DNA of 24,071 nt from Candidatus Nitrospinota bacterium M3_3B_026 (GCA_051418015.1 JBPRGF010000007.1:1-24071); one strand, 5' to 3'. Counted from the first letter of the stretch, positions 1 to 9,071 are shown. Translations and numbers: made by a program. Notes: a model not told the origin generated them from the letters alone.

Positions 1-201
1 CCCCAGCGTCCTGTGCCGCCGCGCCGAATCCGGCAGCAGCCGGCCCACGGCGAGCGCCATGGCGGCGGGCAGGAAATAGCCGAAGGAGAGGATCATCGCC
101 CTGTGCCACAGGTCGAGCCGGGGATGGCTGAAGGCCCACCATGACAGGAAGGCAAGCCATGCGAACCCCGCAAGCCAGAGTCGTCCGGAGCGTTTTACCA
201 G
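1..201 (-). CDS. Partial membrane protein running off the left edge; start uncertain
   Basis: Manual translation LVKRSGRLWLAGFAWLAFLSWWAFSHPRLDLWHRAMILSFGYFLPAAMALAVGRLL...; two hydrophobic segments, GC3-rich codons. An in-frame TGA at 204-202 lies just upstream, so the start is CTG201 or a later ATG. Confidence 0.5.
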   Translation of the reverse strand, partial: MVKRSGRLWLAGFAWLAFLSWWAFSHPRLDLWHRAMILSFGYFLPAAMALAVGRLLPDSARRHRTLG

Positions 202-246
202 TCAATAAACATACCAGGGCCGCCTCATGAACCTTGTTGATAGTCG

Positions 247-445
247 GCGGGTTGTTGAAAAAGCCGTAAAAATGTCATTCCATTCCAAAGAGCTTTCGCC
301 CTTGGGCCTGCGCCCTGAGCGAGCGCGGAAAGCCCCACAAAGAGCCCGGCGGCGAAGAATCCCGCAGCGAATTGAAAAACAGGATCAAGATTCTTCGCCT
401 CCGGCTTCAGAATGACAACAGAAAAATAGTTTTTCAACATCCCGC
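247..445. repeat. Non-coding nested inverted-repeat element (MITE/REP-like)
   Basis: Terminal IR GCGGGTTGTTGAAAAA (247-262) / TTTTTCAACATCCCGC (430-445), 15/16; inner IR TGTCATTC (273-280) / GAATGACA (410-417); innermost perfect IR GGCGAAGAATC (351-361) / GATTCTTCGCC (389-399). Confidence 0.75.
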
Positions 446-495
446 TAGCACGGAATTTGCTAGTATATAAAATAGAACAGTGGGGGTAGTAGTGG

Positions 496-2502
496 ATGCT
501 CGGGAAAATTTTCGCGGCGCCTTTCAGGTTGAGAATAACAAGCCGGCTGATATTCTTTTGCCTCATCATGGGGCTTGTTCCGTTCACGACGGCGGGCGTG
601 ATCGGGATGATGATGTCCGTCAAGGCTCTGCAAGAAAATGTTACAGAAAGCCTGCGGGCGAGCGCCGAGCAGCAGATCAGCCGGGTCAGGAACAACCTCA
701 ACAGGGTGTCTCGTGACACCGTTTTCCTCTCGGAGATTTCCGCGCTGAAGCGCTTCCTGCGCGGCGATCGAAGCTGGCTGGGCGAGCTGGAAAACGAGTT
801 TTTGGAATTCAACCGCCTGCATCCTGAATACTACCAGATAAGGCTGCTGGGGCTCGGCGGGCATGAGGTGGTCCGCTCCAATTACAAGAACCAGAATTTT
901 TTTCTTACCGCCAGGAAAGACCTTCAGTATAAGGGCCACCGCTACTATTACCAGAAAAGCATCCTGCTCAACAAGGGCGACATATATTTCTCCCCCATCG
1001 ACCTGAATATGGAGTATTCCAAGGTGGAGACGCCTCCACAACTCGTTGTCCGTGTCTCCACGCCCGTCTACGTGGACGGCGCCAAGAGAGGGGTTGTCGT
1101 AATCAACATCTTCGCTAAAAGCTTCTTCGAGTGGATATCGCTGCCTCAGACCCGTTTCACGACGCTGCTTCTCGACGAGAACGGAAAAATTCTCCACGCG
1201 GACGAGAACGGGGGCGCCTCTGTTCTCGGCGAGACTCGGCTGGATGGAAAAAACGTCTCCGATGTCCTGCCGTTCTTCAGCCAGGAGAAGATAAAGACTT
1301 TGGACACCGGCATATTCCAGTTCGGCTCCGCGATATCGGCTTTCCAGCCCATTCGCGGGGTGGGCGGGTTCCAGACGCCGGCCTGGTACATCATAACGCT
1401 GTTCCCCAAGCCATACCTGTCCGAGCCCGTGAGGAAGCTGGAGTCCAATCTCCTGGCGCTGGGCATGATAGTGGCGGCGTTGCTCGTCGTCCTCGGCGTG
1501 GCCCTGGCCAAGCGGTTCACGCGCCCCATACGGCAGCTGTACATGGAGGCGGACCTGATAGCTGAAGGGAACCTCGACCACGAGCTGGAGATAAAGACGG
1601 GCGACGAGATCGAGGACCTGGCGGAGAAATTCAACAGGATGAGGCTGCAGATAAAGGAGAAGCAAAAGGAGCTTGAAAAGTGGAACCAGGAGCTCAACAG
1701 GAAGCTGGACTGGCATATCGCGGAGCTGCGCAGCCTTGAAAGGCAGCTTTACCGCGCCGACAAGCTGGCCTCTCTCGGCGAGCTTTCGATGAGGCTGGCC
1801 CACGAGATCGGAAACCCCCTGGCCTCCCTCAAGACAGTCGCGCAAGCCATGTCGGACAGCTCCGGGGGCTCCGCCGACCGCCCCGAGTATTTCCGCAGGA
1901 TCACCTCGGAGGTGGACAGGCTCAACACCTTCTTGAAAAAATTCAACAAGTTCGCGGTCATGAAAGAGCTGGACCCGGCGTTTTGCGACCTGCGGGACAT
2001 TGTCCACGACGTCTGCTTTTTCCTGAGAATCCAGGCGCGTGAACGCGGGGTCGTCATTGACGAAAGCCACGATCCCGATCTCGGAAAAATTCTGGTCGAC
2101 CCGCAGCAGGTGAAGCAGGCGCTGATAAACATGATTCTGAACGCCATCCAGGCGGTTCCGGAGAAGGGCCGGATCCACATATCGTTAAAGAGCATAGATT
2201 CAGGGTGTGTCTGCTCCCTAAGGGGCAAATGCTTCTGCAAGGACGAGGGTACGCATCCCGGCGCGGACAAGTTCCTGGAGCTTGCCGTGTGCGACAACGG
2301 CGGGGGCATAGCCGAAGAGGACCTTTTGCGCGTGTTCGATCCTTTCTACACGACCAAGACGAACGGGACAGGGCTCGGCCTGTCGGTAGTCCACAGGATC
2401 GTCGAGAACCACCACGGCATAATTCGTGTATTCAGCAAGGTGGGAGAGGGCACGACCATAAAAATATACTTTCCGAAAAGAGAAGAGCCAGCCCTGACAT
2501 GA
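496..2502 (+). CDS. Sensor histidine kinase (TM - periplasmic Cache-like - TM - HAMP - HisKA - HATPase_c)
   Basis: Two TM helices flanking a ~270 aa periplasmic domain; HAMP (TRPIRQL...DEIEDLAEKFNRM); H-box LAHEIGNPL; N-box QALINMILNAIQA; G1 DNGGGI; F-box VFDPFYTTK; G2 GTGLGL. Confidence 0.95.
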   Translation: MLGKIFAAPFRLRITSRLIFFCLIMGLVPFTTAGVIGMMMSVKALQENVTESLRASAEQQISRVRNNLNRVSRDTVFLSEISALKRFLRGDRSWLGELENEFLEFNRLHPEYYQIRLLGLGGHEVVRSNYKNQNFFLTARKDLQYKGHRYYYQKSILLNKGDIYFSPIDLNMEYSKVETPPQLVVRVSTPVYVDGAKRGVVVINIFAKSFFEWISLPQTRFTTLLLDENGKILHADENGGASVLGETRLDGKNVSDVLPFFSQEKIKTLDTGIFQFGSAISAFQPIRGVGGFQTPAWYIITLFPKPYLSEPVRKLESNLLALGMIVAALLVVLGVALAKRFTRPIRQLYMEADLIAEGNLDHELEIKTGDEIEDLAEKFNRMRLQIKEKQKELEKWNQELNRKLDWHIAELRSLERQLYRADKLASLGELSMRLAHEIGNPLASLKTVAQAMSDSSGGSADRPEYFRRITSEVDRLNTFLKKFNKFAVMKELDPAFCDLRDIVHDVCFFLRIQARERGVVIDESHDPDLGKILVDPQQVKQALINMILNAIQAVPEKGRIHISLKSIDSGCVCSLRGKCFCKDEGTHPGADKFLELAVCDNGGGIAEEDLLRVFDPFYTTKTNGTGLGLSVVHRIVENHHGIIRVFSKVGEGTTIKIYFPKREEPALT

Positions 2503-3878
2503 GCGGTAACCTATTGATATTGGAAGATGATCAGACCATGCGGCGGACGCTGGGGGACATTTTCAGAAACAACGGCATGGAAGTCCACGAGGCGGAGTTC
2601 GCCGAGGGGGGGCTTGAGATTCTCAGGACCCGCCAGGTGGATGTCGCCCTGGTCGATATAAACCTTCCGGACAGCTCCGGGCTGGAGTTCTGGAAAAGGG
2701 CCAGGGAGTTGGACGAGAGCCTGCTGTGCGTTTTCATGACGGCTTTCCCGGAGATAAAGACAGCCGTCGCCGCCATGCGGGAGGGCGCTTTCGACTATAT
2801 TAACAAACCCTTCGAGCTGGACGAGCTGAAGATCGTCGTCGGCAAGGCCTTCGAGCACCACCAGCTGCGGTCGGAGGTGCTGAGGCTTCGCTACGAGAGG
2901 GAATCCACCGCCAAAGACCTGGGGATCATGGGCCAGAGCGATGCCATCAAGCGCGTCAAAGAACAGATTTACCAGGTGGCCGGGGCCGACTCCACGCCCG
3001 TGCTGATCCTGGGGGAAAGCGGGACCGGCAAGGAGTTGGTCGCCGACGCCCTGCACAATCTCTCCGGGCGCAAGGACAAACCGTTCCTGAAGCTCAATTG
3101 CTCGGCCATCCCGGAAACCCTGCTGGAGTCAGAGCTTTTCGGCCACGAGAGAGGCTCTTTCACCGACGCGAAGCAGACGAAAAAGGGTGTTTTCGAGATG
3201 GCGGACACAGGTTCCTTCTTCCTTGACGAGATAGGCGACATGGCCATTTCCATACAGCCCAAGCTCCTGAGGGCGCTGGAGTCCAAGACGCTGAGAAGAG
3301 TGGGGGGGACAAAAGACATCACCGTGAACGTGCGGATGATATCGGCGACAAACAAGGACGTCGCAAAAATGATTGAGCAGGATTTTTTCAGGGCCGACCT
3401 GCTCTACAGGCTGAACGTCTTCAGCATACACCTGCCGCCCCTGAGGGAAAGGATCAGCGACATACCGCTCCTCGCCAACCATTTCGCCGCCCAGACGGGC
3501 AAGACCTTGGGGAAAAATATAAAACATATAGAAAAAGAAGCCATTGAGAAAATGAAAAGATACTCATGGCCGGGCAATGTACGGGAGCTGAAAAACGTCA
3601 TCGAGAGAGCCTGCATCCTCACGACGACCGGCGCTATCAGGGCGAAAGACCTCTGGCTCGACCATTCCCCGGCTGGCGCCCCCTCGCAAAACATCCCCAT
3701 ATTCTCCATCTTTAATAATTGGCTGCCGCTGGAGGAAGTCGAGCTGCGTTACATAAAAAGCATGTTGGAGCACTGCGGCGGAAACAAGTCCGAGGCCGCC
3801 CGCCAACTGGATATCTCCAGGGTCACACTCCGTGAAAAACTCCGCAAACTGCGGACAGAAAATGACCATAATGGTTAG
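2499..3878 (+). CDS. Sigma-54-dependent response regulator (REC - AAA+ - Fis HTH), NtrC/AtoC family
   Basis: ATG2499 overlaps the kinase stop (ATGA); receiver LILEDD...DINLPD...KPF; Walker A GESGTGKE; ESELFGHERGSFTDA; FLDEIG; WPGNVRELKNVIER; HTH GNKSEAARQLDISRVTLREKL. The longer listed ORF from 2205 is an upstream extension. Confidence 0.95.
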   Translation: MSGNLLILEDDQTMRRTLGDIFRNNGMEVHEAEFAEGGLEILRTRQVDVALVDINLPDSSGLEFWKRARELDESLLCVFMTAFPEIKTAVAAMREGAFDYINKPFELDELKIVVGKAFEHHQLRSEVLRLRYERESTAKDLGIMGQSDAIKRVKEQIYQVAGADSTPVLILGESGTGKELVADALHNLSGRKDKPFLKLNCSAIPETLLESELFGHERGSFTDAKQTKKGVFEMADTGSFFLDEIGDMAISIQPKLLRALESKTLRRVGGTKDITVNVRMISATNKDVAKMIEQDFFRADLLYRLNVFSIHLPPLRERISDIPLLANHFAAQTGKTLGKNIKHIEKEAIEKMKRYSWPGNVRELKNVIERACILTTTGAIRAKDLWLDHSPAGAPSQNIPIFSIFNNWLPLEEVELRYIKSMLEHCGGNKSEAARQLDISRVTLREKLRKLRTENDHNG

Positions 3879-3931
3879 ATACTAACCATCCCGTCCCCCT
3901 TTCGCTAAAATTTCCTGATCCCTCCCATTCT

Positions 3932-3948
3932 TAGGCATCGACCGTGCT
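3932..3948 (+). promoter_or_regulatory. Candidate sigma-54 -24/-12 promoter upstream of the porin gene
   Basis: TAGGCATCGACCGTGCT: GG(3934-35)-N10-GC(3946-47); moderate match to TGGCACG-N4-TTGC. Confidence 0.4.
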
Positions 3949-4261
3949 TTTAGTACCCCACAACGGAAATCGGATAACTCAACAGTGGGGGAAGCGCATA
4001 TGCGCGGCGAAACCGAAGGCGGAACGAAAAATAACATCTGTTATATCAACCTACTAGCTCCACGGATCGTTATCTCCTGGCCGGGAGGCAAGGACGGTTT
4101 TTGTTTCTTTGCAGGGACTTTGGCCGCTTGCCCAAAGCAGGCGGCGAGTGGCGGTTTTTCCATTCCACTGGAAAGATTCTTGCCGTCTGAGGCCAGAATC
4201 TTTCCGCGCTGTGCAGGTTAAACGCGGTACGAGGAAATAAACCATTGGGGGAAATCAAAGC

Positions 4262-5413
4262 ATGAGAAGATTTAGAAAGGTTGTTTCATCCGTTGTGGGG
4301 TCGGTTCTGCTCGCAGGCGCCGCGGTTCTCGCCGCGGGCTCTCCCGCCAGTGCCGGCAAAACCATTTGGGAGGACGGCTCCTCCAAGCTCAGCCTCTTCG
4401 GGGACGCCCGCCTTCGGCTGGAGTCGGATCACGACGACAGGACGAACGCGGACAACCGCGACAGGACCAGGGAGAGAATAAGGATCAGGACAGGAGCTGA
4501 TTACACGGCCAACGAGATAGTATCCATGGGGTTCAGGCTGCGGACGGCCAGCGACAGCCGCCAGTCTCCGCATCAGACCCTGGGCCTCTACGGCGGGGCC
4601 GGTAGCAACGCCGCTTTCGGCGTGGACAGGGGGTTTTTCAAGCTGACGTTCGGTGATTTCCATCTCTGGGGCGGCAAGAACGGGCTCCCCGCCTGGAACA
4701 ACGCGGAGTTCATATGGGACGATGACCTGCAGCCGGAGGGCCTGGCCGCGGGATACAGCGTCAACATGGGCGGGGCCAGGCTCTCGCTGGGGCTTGGACA
4801 CTTCGTCATAGGCGAGGGTGGCTGGGACGAGGACGACACCATGCTCAGCTACCAGGCCGCCATCCAGGCCGGCAAGGGCATAAGCTTCAAGGCGGCCGTG
4901 GGGGGCCTCTCCTTCACCGACGGTGACGAGGACGACGCAGGGGCCTCCAGCGGCCAGATGCCGGGCGGAACTCACAGCATCACCCACGTCCTGGCTGAAG
5001 TTCGGGCCGCCGACATGCCTCTCAAGCCCAGGATAGGTGTGGCCTACGCCTCCTCGGACGTCGGCGACGACAAGATCGGCGACGGCGCGGAATCGGAGGA
5101 CAAGACCGCCCTGATGGCCTACGTGAGAGGAAACGTCGGCAAGGTGAACCTGCGTTTCTACTACTGGGACAATGGCTACGCCGCCCAGCCGCTGCTCGGA
5201 GCCCTTGCCCAGGACAATTTCCCGTACTCGTCGAACTTCACCGGATATCACATACAGGTGGGCTACAAGTTCTTCGACAACCTGTCGACGGACCTTCGCT
5301 ATTACGTCCAGGAGACCAAGAACAAGGATATCAAGGTCTTCGACAACAACATCGCCATGGAGGGCGATAGGACGAGGACAAGGATACAGCTGAACCTGAA
5401 CGTCAAGTTCTGA
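4262..5413 (+). CDS. Putative outer-membrane beta-barrel porin
   Basis: Sec signal ending ASA; N-terminal GDARLRLE...RTRERIRIR typical of 'putative porin' families; WDDDLQPEG; amphipathic strands; C-terminal ...QLNLNVKF with terminal Phe. Confidence 0.85.
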   Translation: MRRFRKVVSSVVGSVLLAGAAVLAAGSPASAGKTIWEDGSSKLSLFGDARLRLESDHDDRTNADNRDRTRERIRIRTGADYTANEIVSMGFRLRTASDSRQSPHQTLGLYGGAGSNAAFGVDRGFFKLTFGDFHLWGGKNGLPAWNNAEFIWDDDLQPEGLAAGYSVNMGGARLSLGLGHFVIGEGGWDEDDTMLSYQAAIQAGKGISFKAAVGGLSFTDGDEDDAGASSGQMPGGTHSITHVLAEVRAADMPLKPRIGVAYASSDVGDDKIGDGAESEDKTALMAYVRGNVGKVNLRFYYWDNGYAAQPLLGALAQDNFPYSSNFTGYHIQVGYKFFDNLSTDLRYYVQETKNKDIKVFDNNIAMEGDRTRTRIQLNLNVKF

Positions 5414-5447
5414 CGAACCACCGGGAAGGAACCTTCTCTCCTCGAAT

Positions 5448-5490
5448 GGCGGGCGCTCTTTTCACAGGGAGGGCGCCCGCCTGTTTTATT
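5448..5490 (+). terminator. Rho-independent terminator after porin
   Basis: GGCGGGCGC...GCGCCCGCC stem (5448-5481) followed by TGTTTTATT. Confidence 0.8.
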
Positions 5491-5625
5491 GGAAAAGGGA
5501 TTTTCGCATGGACAGCGGCTTTCACCGCCCTGGAGCGCCGAACCGACAGACGAGGGATGTTCTGGAACAACGGCATTGCGCGCGAATCGCCGTCCACAAC
5601 GCGCCGCCTGCCGGGGGGGGAACCC

Positions 5626-6045
5626 TCAGGGATGGCTTTCAACCCAGTGTCCGCCGGAGGCCGTGAACTCCTTTTTCCATATGGGGATGCGCCTCTTGAG
5701 CTCGTCGATCATCCACTCGCAGGCGTCGAAGGCCGCCGCGCGATGCGCGGCTGCGACGACTATCAGCACGATGTTCTCGCCCGGGTGTATGCCCCCCACG
5801 CGGTGGATGACGGCGCAATCGAGGATGTCGAACTTTTTCATGGCGTCCTTCTCCAGCCTGATAAGCTCGCTTTCAGCCATGCCGGCGTAGCTTTCGAACT
5901 CGAGCCTCGACACCTTCTCGCCGCGGGAAAAATCGCGGGCGGTCCCAAGAAATGTGACAACCCCGCCAATTCCGCCATCCCCGGCGGCGATGCGCATGAT
6001 CTCCCTGCCGATGTCGAAGTCACCCTTCTGAAGTCTTGCCATCAT
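5626..6045 (-). CDS. moaE: Molybdopterin synthase catalytic subunit
   Basis: GGVVTFLGTARD, LEFESYAGMA, IHRVG, AAHRAAAFDACEWMIDELK, PIWKKE motifs. Confidence 0.95.
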   Translation of the reverse strand: MMARLQKGDFDIGREIMRIAAGDGGIGGVVTFLGTARDFSRGEKVSRLEFESYAGMAESELIRLEKDAMKKFDILDCAVIHRVGGIHPGENIVLIVVAAAHRAAAFDACEWMIDELKRRIPIWKKEFTASGGHWVESHP

Positions 6046-6296
6046 GCCCCTCCTGAAAGTGGCGGGAGCACCGCCACCTCGTCCCCGTCGTTGACCGTGG
6101 TGTCCGGGCCGCCCATCGACTGGTTCACGGCGAAAAGATGCCCGCCGAGGGTCAGGAAAACCGACGCGCTGGCGCCGGTCCGCTGCTCCGCAAGCTCCAG
6201 AAAATCGCGGACGGAGACGGGACGGTCGAGAGGAACCTCTATAAACTCCACCCCGGCGCGCTCCCGGGCGGACGCGAAGAATCTGAGAATCGCCAT
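6042..6296 (-). CDS. moaD: Molybdopterin synthase sulfur-carrier subunit (ends GGA)
   Basis: LRFFASARERAG, AVNQ, DGDEVAVLPPLSGG; directly upstream of and overlapping moaE. Confidence 0.92.
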   Translation of the reverse strand: MAILRFFASARERAGVEFIEVPLDRPVSVRDFLELAEQRTGASASVFLTLGGHLFAVNQSMGGPDTTVNDGDEVAVLPPLSGGA

Positions 6297-6375
6297 GGCA
6301 GGGATTGTATCAACATTTATGCCATCGGCGCCGCGGGAGACAGCGGGATGGCTTGCGCCAGGGGATGGGGCGTGG

Positions 6376-6392
6376 CTGGAACGCTTTTTGCC
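6376..6392 (+). promoter_or_regulatory. Sigma-54 -24/-12 promoter for tatA-moaA-modABC
   Basis: CTGGAACGCTTTTTGCC: GG(6378-79)-N10-GC(6390-91), one mismatch to TGGCACG-N4-TTGC, ~37 nt before tatA ATG. Confidence 0.7.
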
Positions 6393-6428
6393 TGTAACAT
6401 GTAAGAACGTTTGAACAAGGAGATAACC

Positions 6429-6623
6429 ATGTTCGGTTTTGGAACCGCCGAGATGGCGGTCATAGCGTTGATCCTGGTCCTGCTGTTCGGGGCCTCGCGC
6501 ATCCCGACCATAGGCTCAGGGGTTGGCAAAGGGATACGGAATTTCCTTGATTCCGTGCGGGACAAGCAGCCGGAGGCGGCCGAGGACGCGCTCCCGGAAA
6601 AGACCGGCGGCGGCGAGGCTTGA
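6429..6623 (+). CDS. tatA: Twin-arginine translocase TatA/TatE subunit
   Basis: AAGGAG RBS then ATG6429; MFGFGTAEMAVIALILVLLFGASRIPTIGSGVGKGIRNF (TM + FG hinge + amphipathic helix). Confidence 0.92.
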   Translation: MFGFGTAEMAVIALILVLLFGASRIPTIGSGVGKGIRNFLDSVRDKQPEAAEDALPEKTGGGEA

Positions 6624-6625
6624 AG

Positions 6626-7615
6626 ATGACCGGAAAGCTTGAGGACGGCCATGGCCGTGTAATAGAGTACCTGCGGGTCTCCGTCACCGACCGGTGCGGC
6701 CTGCGGTGCGTCTACTGCATGCCCCCAAGCGGCATAGAGAAAAAACCCCGGTGCGATATACTGCGCTACAAGGACCTGCTCAGGATCATCGGGATATTCG
6801 CCGGGCTGGGGGTGCGGAAGGCTCGTTTCACCGGCGGGGAGCCGCTGATAAGAAAGGGGATAACCGGTTTCCTGAGGCAGGCGGGGGCCATAAAGGGCAT
6901 CGAGAGGATGGCCGTCACCACCAACGGCGTCATGCTGCCCATGATGGCAAGCGGGCTCAAGGAGGCCGGGGTGGAGATGGTGAACATCAGCCTGGACACC
7001 CTCCGGGAGGACCGCTACAGGGCGATAACCGGCCGCCCCCTGCTGTCAAGGGCGCTTGCGGGGCTCGACGCGGCGATAGAGGCGGGGGTCGGATCGGTTA
7101 AGATAAACATGGTCGTCATGAAAGGAATCAACGACGACGAGGTGGAGCGGTTCGCCGAGCTGACCATGGAAAAAAAGATACAGGTACGTTTCCTCGAGTT
7201 CATGCCCGCCACGCCGGGCTTGTGGGACAGGGGCCTATTCATCCCTTCCGCGAAGGTGAAAGAGAGGCTTTCAAAATCACGTGGGCTGGAGCCCGCGGCT
7301 AAGGAGCGCTGGGGCGGCCCCGCGCGGATATACCGGCTGGAGGGGGCGCTGGGCGAGATCGGGTTCATCTCCGCCGTGAGCGAGCATTTCTGCGCCGGGT
7401 GCAACAGGCTGCGGCTCACGTCCACCGGCAGGCTCATCAACTGCCTGTTCGGCTCCGGCGGGCTGGACATAAATGAGATGCTGAACTCCGGCGCCTCGGA
7501 CGAAGAGATCGAAAACGCCGTCCGGGACACGCTGACAGGCAAGGGCCGGATACGCTCCCTGCCATCCGGGACGAACGATGAAAAACGCGACGCAATGGCG
7601 AGGATCGGCGGCTGA
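6626..7615 (+). CDS. moaA: GTP 3',8-cyclase (radical SAM)
   Basis: YLRVSVTDRCGLRCVYCMP (CxxxCxxC), TGGEPL, NISLDTL, HFCAGCNRLRLT, C-terminal IGG. Alternative TTG start at 6620. Confidence 0.96.
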   Translation: MTGKLEDGHGRVIEYLRVSVTDRCGLRCVYCMPPSGIEKKPRCDILRYKDLLRIIGIFAGLGVRKARFTGGEPLIRKGITGFLRQAGAIKGIERMAVTTNGVMLPMMASGLKEAGVEMVNISLDTLREDRYRAITGRPLLSRALAGLDAAIEAGVGSVKINMVVMKGINDDEVERFAELTMEKKIQVRFLEFMPATPGLWDRGLFIPSAKVKERLSKSRGLEPAAKERWGGPARIYRLEGALGEIGFISAVSEHFCAGCNRLRLTSTGRLINCLFGSGGLDINEMLNSGASDEEIENAVRDTLTGKGRIRSLPSGTNDEKRDAMARIGG

Positions 7616-7632
7616 ATCCACTGGCGTTTTCA

Positions 7633-8385
7633 TTGAAAAGAGCGAAAAGAGCCTTTGCGGCGGCGCTGGCTTTGACGCTGTTGACCGGTCATCACGCCCA
7701 GGCTGATGAAATCCGCGCCGCCGTGGCGAGCAACTTCGCGGGCGCGGCAAAGGAGATAGCCCAGCGCTTCGAGGAAAAGACCGGCCACAAGGTGACGCTG
7801 ATCTTCGGCTCCACCGGCAAACACTACGCGCAGATAACAAACGGCGCGCCCTTCGACGCCTTCCTCGCCGCCGATTCGAAGCGGCCGGCGTTGCTTGAGA
7901 GGGATGAGGTGGCGGAGCCGGGTACCCTTTTCACCTACGCCGTGGGCAAAATCGCTCTGTGGAGCCCCCGCCCTGGCTTCGTGGACCCGTCGGGCAAGAC
8001 GCTGGCGGGGGGAGGTTTCCGCCGCATCGCGCTGGCGAACCCGAAGCTTGCGCCATACGGCATGGCGGCCGAGCAGATATTGCGCAAGCTCGGGCTGTGG
8101 GATACGCTGCGGGGGGAGATGGTGTTCGGCGAGAACGTGGGCCAAACCTTCCAGTTCATCGAGAGCGGAGCGGCGGAGCTTGGCTTCGTGGCCCTATCCC
8201 AGGTCAGGCGCCCGGGACGCCCGGCGCAAGGCTCGTTCTGGGCTCCGCCCCAGGCGCTCTACGACCCCATCGAGCAGAAGGCGGTATTGTTGAAAGACAA
8301 CGACACGGCGCGCGCCTTCCTGTCCTTCATGAAAAGCGCCGAGGCTCTCGGGATCATCCGGGAGTTCGGATACGAGGCGCCATGA
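7633..8385 (+). CDS. modA: Molybdate ABC transporter periplasmic binding protein
   Basis: Signal peptide; [48 protein letters not shown] start. Confidence 0.95.
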   Translation: MKRAKRAFAAALALTLLTGHHAQADEIRAAVASNFAGAAKEIAQRFEEKTGHKVTLIFGSTGKHYAQITNGAPFDAFLAADSKRPALLERDEVAEPGTLFTYAVGKIALWSPRPGFVDPSGKTLAGGGFRRIALANPKLAPYGMAAEQILRKLGLWDTLRGEMVFGENVGQTFQFIESGAAELGFVALSQVRRPGRPAQGSFWAPPQALYDPIEQKAVLLKDNDTARAFLSFMKSAEALGIIREFGYEAP

Positions 8386-9071
8386 TGCTAAATGAACATG
8401 ACCTGACCGCGCTCGCGGTCACGCTGGAACTGGCGGCGCTGACGACGGTCATCCTGCTGTTGACCGGGACGCCGCTTGCCTGGTGGCTGGCGCGCTCCCA
8501 TTGGCGCTTCAAGTTCCTCCTGGAAGCCGTCGTGGCCCTTCCCCTGGTGCTGCCGCCGACGGTTCTGGGCTTCTATCTGCTGATCGCCTTGGGGCCGCGC
8601 GGCCCGATCGGCGGCCTGATGGAGGCCCTTGGCGGCCGGCCGCTGGCTTTCACCTTTCCCGGGCTGGTGATAGGCTCTGTCTTCTATTCCCTGCCGTTCG
8701 TGGTCCAGCCGCTGCAAAACGCCTTCACCGCCGTCGGAGGGCGGCCACTGGAGGCCGCCGCGACCCTCCGCGCCGCGCCGCTGGACCGTTTTTTCACCGT
8801 GGCTGTCCCCCTGGCCCTGCCGGGCTTCCTGACCGCCGCCGTCCTCGGTTTCGCTCACACCCTCGGGGAGTTCGGCGTGGTGCTGATGATCGGCGGCGCC
8901 ATTCCGGGCGAAACGCTGGTGGTCTCCATAGCCATCTACGACCACGTGGAGACGCTCGAATACACCAGGGCTAGCTGGCTCTCGGGCGGTATGCTTGCGC
9001 TCTCGTTTCTCATGTTGATGGCGGTTTACGCCCTCAACCATAGGTTAGCGCTCCACGGCCATGACCATTGA
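8382..9071 (+). CDS. modB: Molybdate ABC transporter permease
   Basis: ATG8382 overlaps modA stop; [18 protein letters not shown] loop (LEAAATL), FAHTLGEFG. Confidence 0.95.
   Translation: MMLNEHDLTALAVTLELAALTTVILLLTGTPLAWWLARSHWRFKFLLEAVVALPLVLPPTVLGFYLLIALGPRGPIGGLMEALGGRPLAFTFPGLVIGSVFYSLPFVVQPLQNAFTAVGGRPLEAAATLRAAPLDRFFTVAVPLALPGFLTAAVLGFAHTLGEFGVVLMIGGAIPGETLVVSIAIYDHVETLEYTRASWLSGGMLALSFLMLMAVYALNHRLALHGHDH

Noticed and set aside
202..228. Possible TGA readthrough (selenocysteine) joining MRRPWYVY to the left-edge ORF
   Set aside because: No Cys-like context or recognisable SECIS; a downstream start is simpler.
460..2178. 572-aa antisense ORF and other long shadow ORFs (4286-5251, 5446-6414, 10729-11976, 14701-16143, 17497-18531, 19250-20281)
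   Set aside because: They overlap well-supported genes and lack motifs; expected in high-GC coding DNA.
2205..2498. N-terminal extension of the response regulator ORF
   Set aside because: Overlaps the kinase; the receiver domain starts at ATG2499 with an ATGA coupling.
3985..4258. Short ORFs in the regulator-porin intergenic region
   Set aside because: No coding-like codon bias or motifs; the region looks regulatory.
4262..4290. MRRFRK as a twin-arginine signal on the porin
   Set aside because: Does not fit S/T-R-R-x-F-L-K, and beta-barrels use Sec.
6297..6428. Moco riboswitch or ModE box upstream of moa/mod genes
   Set aside because: The intergenic region is short and shows no recognisable consensus.
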